Assembly: GCA_964469335.1 (NCBI GenBank)
Contig: CAYXYK010000003.1
Span: 68,671 to 132,670, forward strand
Length of the DNA stretch: 64,000 nucleotides
Source of the DNA: an uncultured Candidatus Saccharibacteria bacterium
Lineage (GTDB): Bacteria; Patescibacteriota; Minisyncoccia; Phycocordibacterales; UBA6899
Direction: 5' to 3'
Under the pieces are notes generated by a model. The model had not been told where the DNA came from, made no database searches, and saw nothing but the letters and a program-made list of their open reading frames with translations. Of the stretch, positions 49,148 through 59,063 are shown in pieces. A program made the position numbers and the translations under genes. The first letter of the stretch is position 1; every line of letters begins with the position of its first letter.

Positions 49148-49750
49148 ATGGAAATCAGCATGGATCAGATCAAAGCACTTCGTGATGAGACCGGCGTTGC
49201 AGTAATGCAGTGCAAGAAGGCGCTCGAGGATGCAGGAGGAGACATGGAGAAGGCCCGCATGATGCTTCGCAAGAAGTCTGGTGAGATCGCCGCAAAGAAA
49301 GGCGACAGAACCTTGGCTGCCGGAGTCGTACAGGCATACATTCATGCCAACGGTAGTGTCGGTGCCATCGTCGAACTTTCCTGTGAGACCGATTTCGTCG
49401 CAAAGAACGAAGAGTTCAAGAAGCTCGCATATGAGATCGCGATGCATGTCGCCGCGATCAATCCGAAATTCCGCACTGTCGAGGATATTACGGAGGAGGA
49501 TAAAGAGAAGGCAAGGGCATTCTTTGCTGAGGAGGTAGAGAAGACCATGAAGGGTAAGCCGAAAGAGATCCAGGATAAGGCACTTCAGGGAAAACTCGAC
49601 ACATTCTTCGGCGAGCAGGTGCTGATGAAGCAGCCGTACGTGAAGGACCCGAACATCACCATCGAAGGACTCATCACGAATGCAGTCCAGAAATTCGGCG
49701 AAAAGACCGAAGTAACCCGTTTTTCCCGCCTCGCGGTAGGGAAGGCATAG
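49148..49750 (+). CDS. tsf: Elongation factor Ts
   Basis: UBA-like N-terminus (IKALRDETGVAVMQCKKALE) and EF-Ts dimerisation domain; classic rpsB-tsf pair. Confidence 0.95.
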   Translation: MEISMDQIKALRDETGVAVMQCKKALEDAGGDMEKARMMLRKKSGEIAAKKGDRTLAAGVVQAYIHANGSVGAIVELSCETDFVAKNEEFKKLAYEIAMHVAAINPKFRTVEDITEEDKEKARAFFAEEVEKTMKGKPKEIQDKALQGKLDTFFGEQVLMKQPYVKDPNITIEGLITNAVQKFGEKTEVTRFSRLAVGKA

Positions 49751-49783
49751 TTCCCAAAGGTCACGCGCGGTATAATTACCCTT

Positions 49784-50161
49784 ATGTCACTTCTCACTAT
49801 CACATGGCTTCTCTCGCTTGCGACACTCGTCGTGATCACGCTCTATGCGTTCCGTCGTGCACGCTCCGCTCCAGCCCCACGCTATGTTCCGCACGATCTC
49901 GGAGAATTCATCCATGAGGCTCTCACGCATATGGTCGGCGGGGTATCGAACACTCTCGGGACTGCGCAGCCGCATGCGAGGCGTGTCAGTGCATACGTCG
50001 TCTCGGTGAGTAAGTGGGGTCACGATGTGTTCATCGATCGTGTCTTCGGCAAGACTGCACTCGCGCCCGGCAAGACCGCATCGTTCTTCCTGAAATACAT
50101 CGCGGAGCATAAAGAGGAAGTGAAGGGTAGTCAGGAGCAGAAGGCGGGACTACAGAAGTAA
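49784..50161 (+). CDS. Hypothetical membrane-anchored protein
   Basis: N-terminal TM (LLTITWLLSLATLVVITLYAF); terminator follows. Confidence 0.4.
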   Translation: MSLLTITWLLSLATLVVITLYAFRRARSAPAPRYVPHDLGEFIHEALTHMVGGVSNTLGTAQPHARRVSAYVVSVSKWGHDVFIDRVFGKTALAPGKTASFFLKYIAEHKEEVKGSQEQKAGLQK

Positions 50162-50173
50162 ATGAGAGACAAG

Positions 50174-50205
50174 AAAAGCACCATATCGTGGTGCTTTTCG
50201 TTTAG
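50174..50205 (+). terminator. Intrinsic terminator
   Basis: aaaagcacca tatcg tggtgctttt cgttt. Confidence 0.7.
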
Positions 50206-50350
50206 GGTAGTGGGCTTGGTCAGGAGTCACTAAGTCTTTTGCGGACAAAAGCCTAAGTGCTCACGACCTTAGCTCGTCCGTTTCATCAGAATGAAACAGG
50301 ACTGCGCTTTTCAAGCCCGACCGCAAGGCAAGCAGTTGCCTTGCTCTTCC

Positions 50351-50391
50351 GGCTCCAAAGAAAAAATCCCCACGAGGGGATTTTTTCTTTG
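50351..50391 (-). terminator. Palindromic terminator immediately 3' of tRNA-Thr
   Basis: ccaaagaaaaaatcccc acga ggggattttttctttgg; overlaps the encoded CCA end. Confidence 0.6.
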
Positions 50392-50464
50392 GAGCCGGAA
50401 GTCGGGCTTGAACCGACGACCTACGGTTTACAAAACCGTTGCTCTACCAACTGAGCTATTCCGG
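50389..50464 (-). tRNA. tRNA-Thr (anticodon UGU), CCA encoded
   Basis: Minus strand reads GCCGGAAUAGCUCAGUUGGUAGAGCAACGGUUUUGUAAACCGUAGGUCGUCGGUUCAAGCCCGACUUCCGGCUCCA; cloverleaf checked by hand (7-bp acceptor, D and T arms, anticodon loop UUUGUAA). Confidence 0.9.
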
Positions 50465-50839
50465 CTTATCTCGACTGCAAAAACTTCTCGTTTCAGCAAT
50501 TCAAAGATAATACGTTATTTATGTCATAAAGCAAGGAATTGATTTGTGTAACAAGGAAGAACACATATAATTCACTTATTGTGAAAGAAAATAATGCAAA
50601 GAGTGTAGCGACATGTAAAGAGTGCAAATACATCTTTCTCGGGGCATTTGCGGTACTCATCGGATTCTTTGTCGTCACATTCCTTTTGCGAGATGAAAGT
50701 GTAACGAGTTCGCTCTCCGGGAATACGACAATCACCGTTCCGGCAGCGACTTCCAGTCCTTGAATTCCCAACATTTTTTCAAATAATGCAAGTCGTTCTG
50801 ATGCGTGCCTTTGGAGCGATATTCCCATATAATGGCAGA

Positions 50840-51613
50840 ATGCATATGAGAGAAAAACTCGGCATCGACGTCACCATGCCAGGGAGTGCCCCGGAGCGCG
50901 GACACCTGCACCCCGTCACAGTCATGATGCGCGCGATCGCCACAACATTCGGTGATATGGGCTTTACCATAGCAGACGGCCCGGAGATCGAGACTGAGCA
51001 TTACAATTTCGATTCACTCAACATCCCGAAAGACCACCCCGCACGCGATATGTGGGACACTTTCTGGCTGAAGGACAAGAAGGGTCTCGAACGACTACTC
51101 TTGCGTACGCACACCTCACCGGTGCAAATCAGGCACATGGAGAAGCATGCACCACCGATCGCGATCATCGCTCCCGGAAAAGTGTATCGCTACGAGGCCA
51201 CCGATGCGACTCATGAGACTCAGTTCTATCAGTTCGAAGGGCTCATGATCGGGAAGGATGTCTCGCTCGCGAACCTCAAAGGGGTACTCCTCGCATTTTG
51301 CGAAAAACTCTTCGATCGCAAGATGGAGATCCGTTTCCGTCCAAGCTATTTCCCGTTCACTGAACCCTCTGTTGAGATTGATATCGGTTGGACCGATGAG
51401 CATGGCAAGGTAGAGAAGTGGATCGAGGTAATGGGCGCAGGTATGGTCCATCCGAAGGTGCTCGAAGGTTGCGGTATCGATTCAAAGAAGTGGCAAGGTT
51501 TCGCGTTCGGCGGTGGCGTTGATCGTTTCGTGATGCTCAAATGGGGGATCCCTGATGTGCGCACGCTCTATACCGGTGACCTTCGTGTTATCAAACAATT
51601 CCCAACGATATGA
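50840..51613 (+). CDS. pheS: Phenylalanine--tRNA ligase alpha subunit (short form, catalytic core only)
   Basis: Class II motifs FPFTEPSVEIDIGW and GAGMVHP; TATAAT (50826-50831) 8 nt upstream of the ATG. Confidence 0.9.
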   Translation: MHMREKLGIDVTMPGSAPERGHLHPVTVMMRAIATTFGDMGFTIADGPEIETEHYNFDSLNIPKDHPARDMWDTFWLKDKKGLERLLLRTHTSPVQIRHMEKHAPPIAIIAPGKVYRYEATDATHETQFYQFEGLMIGKDVSLANLKGVLLAFCEKLFDRKMEIRFRPSYFPFTEPSVEIDIGWTDEHGKVEKWIEVMGAGMVHPKVLEGCGIDSKKWQGFAFGGGVDRFVMLKWGIPDVRTLYTGDLRVIKQFPTI

Positions 51614-53565
51614 TCGTTTCTTATAACCTCCTTCAGACCTACTTCTCGAAGAAACTTCCAAAGCCTGATGCACTTGCGGAAGCGCTTACGTTCCATGCGT
51701 TCGAGATCGAAGGGATCGAGAAGAAAAACAATGACCACGCGATCGATGTGAAGGTGCTTCCGAATCGCGCACATGACTGCCTCTCGCATCACGGTATCGC
51801 TCGTGAGGTGAGCGCGATACTGAACATTCCGCTTGAGAAACTTCCAAAGGCGAAATATCCAAAAAGCAATCCGAAGACGAAGAAGGTCACGATCGAGGTG
51901 AAGGATCCGCGCGCGCTCCGCTATGAGGCGCTAGTGATCGAGAACGTGAAGGTGGGGCCTTCGCCAATGTGGCTGCGTGCGCACCTTGAGAATCTCGGGC
52001 AGCGCTCTGTGAGTAACGTCGTCGATGCGACCAACTACGTAATGTTCCTTCTTGGTCAGCCGCTCCATGCATTCGACTATGACAAGCTTAAGCATGCGAA
52101 GATCATCGTTCGCCCAGGTAAGGCGGGAGAGAAGATGACGACTCTCGACGGGAAAGATGTCGTGCTTGATCCCGATGTGATGGTGATCGCAGACGCGAGC
52201 GGCGTCTTGGGTATCGCCGGAGTGAAGGGTGGCACAAGCGCGGAGATCGATGAGAAGACAACGAACATCGTACTCGAAGCAGCCAATTTTGACGCAGAGT
52301 CGATCCGACGTACTTCACAGCGACTCTCCATCAAGACCGATGCATCGAAACGGTTCGAGTCGGGTATCACCCCGGCACTTACCGAGGATGCACTGATGAT
52401 GGTTGCGCACCTCATTCTTGATGTCGCGAAGACAGAAGAGAGTCGCGTCGGAACACCACTCGATAAATATCCCAAGAAGCAGAAGAAGGTGAACGTCGGA
52501 GTGACGCTTCATGAGATCTGTCACATCCTCGGTGCTGATTTTTCCGAGAAAGAAGTCGAGGGGGTATGGAAGCGTCTTTCGCTTCCGTTCACAAAGAAAG
52601 GGAAGGGCGCGGATAGTCTCTATACCGTCACTATCCCAGATGCACGGCTCGACCTCCGTTTGCGCGAAGACCTTGTTGAAGAGGTCGGTCGACTTGCCGG
52701 TTATCATAAACTGGTCCCGAAGATGCCGGTCGAAACCATCTCGCTGCCGTCTCTCAACAAAGAATGGCATGCGCGCGATGTCGTTCGCGAAGTGATGCTC
52801 TCGGCTGGGTTCTCTGATGTATACACCTACGGGTTCAACAGCATCGGTGAGATCGAAGTTGCGAACCCTATCGCGGCGGACAAGCGATTCCTACGTAACA
52901 ACCTCATGGGAGGACTCAAGGTCGCTGCACTTGAGAACCTCAAGTATGAAAGTGAAGTGCGCCTTTTCGAATTCGGTCATGTGTTCGGTAAGACAGACGG
53001 CAAGATCCGCGAAGAGAGTTCGTTCGCGGCGATCATCGGGTTCCAGAAACGCAAGGAAGCGCAGATGAAAGCAGATTTCTATGCGCTGAAAGGAGTACTT
53101 GAGACCGTATTCGCGACACTCGGGATAAAAGATACTCGCTACGAAGAAGCGGGGGGAGAACTCATCGCCAGCGTGTATTCAGGAAATGACTTACTTGGGA
53201 CGATGAGCCTCACCGGATTCGAGCTTGATTTCGTGAAGATGGTCACCTTGTCAGACATAGAAGTGAGATACACCGTCCCATCACGTTATCCGTCCATCAT
53301 CCGTGATGTGTCGCTGTTCGTGCCGATGCATACCAAAGCGGGGGATGTCGAGGCGGTGATCCGAAGTGCGATGGGAGCGTTGGTCCGCTCGCTCTCGCTC
53401 ATCGATGTATTCGAGAAACCCGAAGAAGGGAAGAAGTCGCTCGCATTCCGCATGGTGCTGCAGTCATTCGAGAAGACCCTTTCTGATGACGAAGCGAATG
53501 CCGTCGGGGCGAACGTGATCTCTGCCCTGGAGGCAGCAAATGCTGACTGGCTCGTGAGAAAATAA
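51610..53565 (+). CDS. pheT: Phenylalanine--tRNA ligase beta subunit (short form)
   Basis: B3/B4 and B5 domains (LHAFDYDKL..., GIAGVKGG); overlaps the pheS stop by 4 nt. Confidence 0.88.
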   Translation: MIVSYNLLQTYFSKKLPKPDALAEALTFHAFEIEGIEKKNNDHAIDVKVLPNRAHDCLSHHGIAREVSAILNIPLEKLPKAKYPKSNPKTKKVTIEVKDPRALRYEALVIENVKVGPSPMWLRAHLENLGQRSVSNVVDATNYVMFLLGQPLHAFDYDKLKHAKIIVRPGKAGEKMTTLDGKDVVLDPDVMVIADASGVLGIAGVKGGTSAEIDEKTTNIVLEAANFDAESIRRTSQRLSIKTDASKRFESGITPALTEDALMMVAHLILDVAKTEESRVGTPLDKYPKKQKKVNVGVTLHEICHILGADFSEKEVEGVWKRLSLPFTKKGKGADSLYTVTIPDARLDLRLREDLVEEVGRLAGYHKLVPKMPVETISLPSLNKEWHARDVVREVMLSAGFSDVYTYGFNSIGEIEVANPIAADKRFLRNNLMGGLKVAALENLKYESEVRLFEFGHVFGKTDGKIREESSFAAIIGFQKRKEAQMKADFYALKGVLETVFATLGIKDTRYEEAGGELIASVYSGNDLLGTMSLTGFELDFVKMVTLSDIEVRYTVPSRYPSIIRDVSLFVPMHTKAGDVEAVIRSAMGALVRSLSLIDVFEKPEEGKKSLAFRMVLQSFEKTLSDDEANAVGANVISALEAANADWLVRK

Positions 53566-53587
53566 ACTGAAATATGAAAGGCCCCGC

Positions 53588-53613
53588 AGTGCGGGGCCTT
53601 TTTGGTCGGAGAG
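53588..53613 (+). terminator. Bidirectional terminator, copy 1 of a duplicated hairpin
   Basis: aaaggccccgcagtgcggggccttttt; an identical 23-nt core recurs at 54199-54221. Confidence 0.75.
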
Positions 53614-53616
53614 TTC

Positions 53617-54153
53617 TCAGTGAATTCGTTTTTCTGTCCTCACCACTGCCAAGCAAAACGGGAGCGAGTTCTCGAGTACACCGATCGATTCGATTGTCTT
53701 GACGAACATCTCGACGATGGCGAGCAGGTGCTTCTCGTAAGCATGAAGTTGGCCTGCAGAGAGCTCATGCGTAGGTTCGATGACGATCTGGTATCCGGGT
53801 TGCCTGACTGGGATGGACGTCGGATCGTAGTCGATGAATTTCACGCTCTTGCGTTCCTGGATGACCGTCGGCTTGTAGTCTTCCCAGCTTGGCTTCATGA
53901 TCCACGGATTGTGAGCGCACGCCACTGCAAACAGCAGCGCGAGACGCTCCAATGTTTCTGGGGCTGACAGCAGAGCTGTCTCCTTTGTCGCTTCCCATCG
54001 AAGTAGGGACACGTCGATGATCCCCGAAACTTTGTAGCACGCCTCACGTTTTGCAAAGAGGTCTACTACTTTGCGGGTCAATGATCGACTATCGAAATTG
54101 GGAGAGGGCACCATCGGTAGCTCCTTCAAAGTACATGCTGGGCACGTCGCCAC
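53617..54153 (-). CDS. Hypothetical protein
   Basis: 178-aa ORF with a GTG start; TTGACA promoter element just upstream on the minus strand; no recognisable motifs. Confidence 0.4.
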   Translation of the reverse strand: MATCPACTLKELPMVPSPNFDSRSLTRKVVDLFAKREACYKVSGIIDVSLLRWEATKETALLSAPETLERLALLFAVACAHNPWIMKPSWEDYKPTVIQERKSVKFIDYDPTSIPVRQPGYQIVIEPTHELSAGQLHAYEKHLLAIVEMFVKTIESIGVLENSLPFCLAVVRTEKRIH

Positions 54154-54196
54154 AGTGGATATATTTCTACACTTTTATTGTTGATTGTCAATCATA

Positions 54197-54222
54197 GAAA
54201 AGGCCCCGCAGTGCGGGGCCTT
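54197..54222 (-). terminator. Terminator, copy 2 of the duplicated hairpin (minus strand)
   Basis: The minus strand reads AAGGCCCCGCACTGCGGGGCCTTTTCTATG. Confidence 0.65.
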
Positions 54223-54251
54223 GAGACGAACTCTCGTCGATGTCGCCGAGT

Positions 54252-54605
54252 TCAGAACGGGTAGTCCGTCCTGTGTTCCGAAGGCGGGCAGTTGGCGGAA
54301 GGAGCGATGATGCTGCCGACCAGCCAGGCGATGACGACGAACGTCATGATGGCGATCATGATGCCGATCACCCCGTGCGCCATCGGCCAAGCTACACCGG
54401 AGAACACCGAAATCGCAGCACCGGCGATCCCGACGAACTCAACTGAGTCCTTGGGACAACCTCGCTTGCGCTCCCTGTACGCCAGGGCTGCGAAGCCGAG
54501 GAGTAGAACCAGGAAGGTGGCGACGCCCCAGTAGAGGTAATTGAGGTCGTAGTTCGGGTGGTACGGGTTGAAGTGGCCGAGGTAGGAGTGCAGGAAGTCG
54601 TTCAC
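54252..54605 (-). CDS. Hypothetical small membrane protein (2-3 TM)
   Basis: 117 aa; hydrophobic segments ATFLVLLLGFAALAY and GVIGIMIAIMTFVVIAWLVGSII. Confidence 0.4.
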   Translation of the reverse strand: MNDFLHSYLGHFNPYHPNYDLNYLYWGVATFLVLLLGFAALAYRERKRGCPKDSVEFVGIAGAAISVFSGVAWPMAHGVIGIMIAIMTFVVIAWLVGSIIAPSANCPPSEHRTDYPF

Positions 54606-54816
54606 GGTCTGCCTTTCGTGCAGTTAAGTCTATTGGTATTATATATTAAATATCAAAAATGTCAATAATTTGCTACCTGAAATCCCTAGTATAAACAGCC
54701 CGATTCTTGGTGAATTTTCGGACCACAAAATGCGTGAAAAATGCTTGGTGAATATGGCTTTTCTTGATAGAATTGTGATATGAAATTGCCCTCATTTTAG
54801 GGGGCAAATTGCGTGA

Positions 54817-56925
<2,109 letters not shown>

Positions 56926-56929
56926 TTGA

Positions 56930-57025
56930 AATTTTGGCGCATTACTCGTCTTTCCCTCAGGAATTCCAGTCACCGTAGAATAACTACGGCTCCTGGAAAT
57001 TCCCTCAGTCCAAGACTTCTGTATT
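56930..57025 (+). repeat. Structured intergenic repeat, copy B (partner at 19070-19163)
   Basis: aattttg..ctcgtctttccctc..[ttccag tcac cgtag aataa ctacgg ctc ctggaa]..ctcagtccaagacttctgtatt. Confidence 0.6.
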
Positions 57026-57117
57026 GGATTCAAAAAATACGTAAATATACAAAGTGTTCAATCCAGCACTTTGTATGACACTCAAAATTCGATGTCCAAT
57101 CGACTTCTCATGCATAT

Positions 57118-57153
57118 AAAAAGAAAAACGGAGCCAATGTTGACTCCGTTTCA
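57118..57153 (-). terminator. Intrinsic terminator (minus strand)
   Basis: On the minus strand: AAACGGAGTCAACATTGGCTCCGTTTTTCTTTTT. Confidence 0.7.
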
Positions 57154-57690
57154 ATTCATGCGCCCACGTTCGGGGAAGTGCTGTTTCATCAGCGTCTGGA
57201 AGAAGTCGCGCAGCGTTTCCGCCTGGATCAGGTTGCGGTTCAACTCTGCATTCACGCTCGGATGGAACAGTGGGTGTGCGAGGTCCAACGTGAATTCTTC
57301 ATCGGACAGGGCGCGCTTGTCAGCGACGTTCTTCTCGAGATGTGCAAGGTAGTCCACGAGCAGTTCGCGAGTAGACACCAGGTAGGGGAAGCGAACTTTC
57401 GCTTTCATGAGTGGTTCGCCACTTTGGATGAACGCTTCTAGCGCGTCCTGGTAGCGAGCCGGGGGGATCGAGCGTTCGTCAAAGAACACTTTGGGAAGTC
57501 TCGGGTTCTTTCGTCCGGCGCTCGTCCTCCAGTCCAAGATGAAGAAGATGATGTCCATCAGTTCGCTGCTGTCACTTTGGCTGTAAACGACCTCGACGTC
57601 GCCTACGGCGCAGAGCCGTGTGATTGCCGCTCCTGTCTCTGTCGAGTGTGGGATGCCTTTCGTTGTGGGAAGAACACTTATTTCGAGCAT
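57151..57690 (-). CDS. Hypothetical protein
   Basis: 179-aa ORF with its own terminator; no recognisable family. Confidence 0.4.
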   Translation of the reverse strand: MLEISVLPTTKGIPHSTETGAAITRLCAVGDVEVVYSQSDSSELMDIIFFILDWRTSAGRKNPRLPKVFFDERSIPPARYQDALEAFIQSGEPLMKAKVRFPYLVSTRELLVDYLAHLEKNVADKRALSDEEFTLDLAHPLFHPSVNAELNRNLIQAETLRDFFQTLMKQHFPERGRMN

Positions 57691-57798
57691 GATGCCTCCT
57701 ATTCCTGTCTCTCTAGAAGTATATGGATAATCGTCCAGTACGCCAGAGTAGATGATTTTTTGCTACAATAGAAAGCATATACTTAGAGCCGAAATATA

Positions 57799-57826
57799 TT
57801 GACAAAATGTATTTTTTGTGTATAAT
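57799..57826 (+). promoter_or_regulatory. Consensus sigma70-type promoter (TTGACA-N16-TATAAT)
   Basis: ttgacaaaatgtattttttgtgtataat; the ATG of the downstream gene lies 9 nt after the -10 box. Confidence 0.6.
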
Positions 57827-57835
57827 GCAGATACT

Positions 57836-58990
57836 ATGACATCACCAGATTCCGTTGATTTTGACCCGACAGTTCGCACCAAGGAGGAACCCTCTCCCGC
57901 AAGTGATGCGGAAGGATTGACCGAACAAGAGGCTGAGGCCTATGCCTCGGAAGTTATCGCTACCGTACAAGAAACGAGTCGCCCAGTGCCCTCATACGAG
58001 GCAGAAGCGGTCGCCGCCCTCTCGGAAGCGATCCAAGAGCAACTTGATGGCAGTGCGCGATTCGCGAATGACGCAGAATTCCAAGCTGCAAAGGACGGAC
58101 TTGCGAACGAAGTATATGGAAATTCTGGGCCGGAACGAATCGTGAACGGCCAGCAAGAGGTTTCTGACGCCGAATTCGCAGCCGCAAAAAGACAGCTTGA
58201 ACAAGAGGTGTACAGTCAGAGAGGAGGTGTCGTCGCTGCCGAGGAAATTCCCGCCGAAATTCCCGCTCCTTTGACCGAGACGTCCTCTGGCACTCTCGCG
58301 ACGAGAATGATCAATAACACTGATGCAGCGATCCGTAGTGTCCTGCCTCCTGCAGTAGGGAATCTCGCAGACCGTGCACAAGTAGCGATCGAAAAAGGAT
58401 GGAGTAGTCTTAAGGGAAAACTCAGCGGGATGTGGAAGCGCACAGATGCGCCTGCTCCAATTGCACAGACACAACCAGTGGTGACACCGAGAACCGAAAG
58501 TGCGCCTGCCAGCGCTCCCATGAGTGCGAGAGCCACTGAGGTCCCACGTCAACAGCAAAACAGGGAGACTCCTGCTCCGGATGGAGTGAGCGCTGCTCTT
58601 GATCGGATGTACAAGGAAATGAGTCCTGAGGCTCGTGCGCGAATGGATGCTTCGAGAGCAGAGACAGAAAGGATTCTTGCGCAAAAAAGCCCCGAGATGC
58701 TCGACCTCGAGAGTCAGATCGAAGAGTTAGAACAACGTATGGCCAAAAAGTCCGGAGGAACTACATACCAGCGCCATGACTATGGTATTCAGGGTGCCCA
58801 CTATACGCGGAAAGCAGGTACTGCGGCTCGCTCCGAGCGATTCATGGACGACGCGATTATCAATCAGGGAAATGCCGCCGAGAAGGAACAGCAAGAACTA
58901 GCGGCACTCCGCAACCGTCTCTTCGCCGAAGGCTTGAAGCAGGGGAAGAAGAACAGCGATGCCCTTGCAGCAATGCGAAAACAAAAGTAG
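57836..58990 (+). CDS. Acidic Ala/Glu-rich hypothetical protein with internal repeats
   Basis: Repeated DAEF(Q/A)AAK..L..EVY(G/S) units; no TM; a GTG at 57818 is the alternative in-frame start. Confidence 0.45.
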   Translation: MTSPDSVDFDPTVRTKEEPSPASDAEGLTEQEAEAYASEVIATVQETSRPVPSYEAEAVAALSEAIQEQLDGSARFANDAEFQAAKDGLANEVYGNSGPERIVNGQQEVSDAEFAAAKRQLEQEVYSQRGGVVAAEEIPAEIPAPLTETSSGTLATRMINNTDAAIRSVLPPAVGNLADRAQVAIEKGWSSLKGKLSGMWKRTDAPAPIAQTQPVVTPRTESAPASAPMSARATEVPRQQQNRETPAPDGVSAALDRMYKEMSPEARARMDASRAETERILAQKSPEMLDLESQIEELEQRMAKKSGGTTYQRHDYGIQGAHYTRKAGTAARSERFMDDAIINQGNAAEKEQQELAALRNRLFAEGLKQGKKNSDALAAMRKQK

Positions 58991-58994
58991 GCCT

Positions 58995-59038
58995 GATGAA
59001 ACACGCACGCACCCATATGGGTGCGTGCGTGTTTCATC
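58995..59038 (+). terminator. Perfect 20-bp bidirectional terminator
   Basis: gatgaaacacgcacgcaccc atat gggtgcgtgcgtgtttcatc. Confidence 0.75.
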
Positions 59039-59063
59039 ATGTGGATTTTTTCGAACGCGCGGT

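Noticed and set aside
50539-50763. 74-aa ORF (CxxC then one TM) in the 320-bp gap between tRNA-Thr and pheS
   Set aside because: No convincing RBS or promoter, and the composition is ordinary; it could be real but is unsupported. The same gap also holds a gggaat...attccc inverted repeat whose role I could not assign.
50600-50840. Looked for a T-box leader upstream of pheS (as found on thrS)
   Set aside because: No GGUGGNACCGCG-like element on the plus strand in the 250 nt upstream of pheS. The pheS promoter TATAAT abuts the start codon, leaving no room for a leader.
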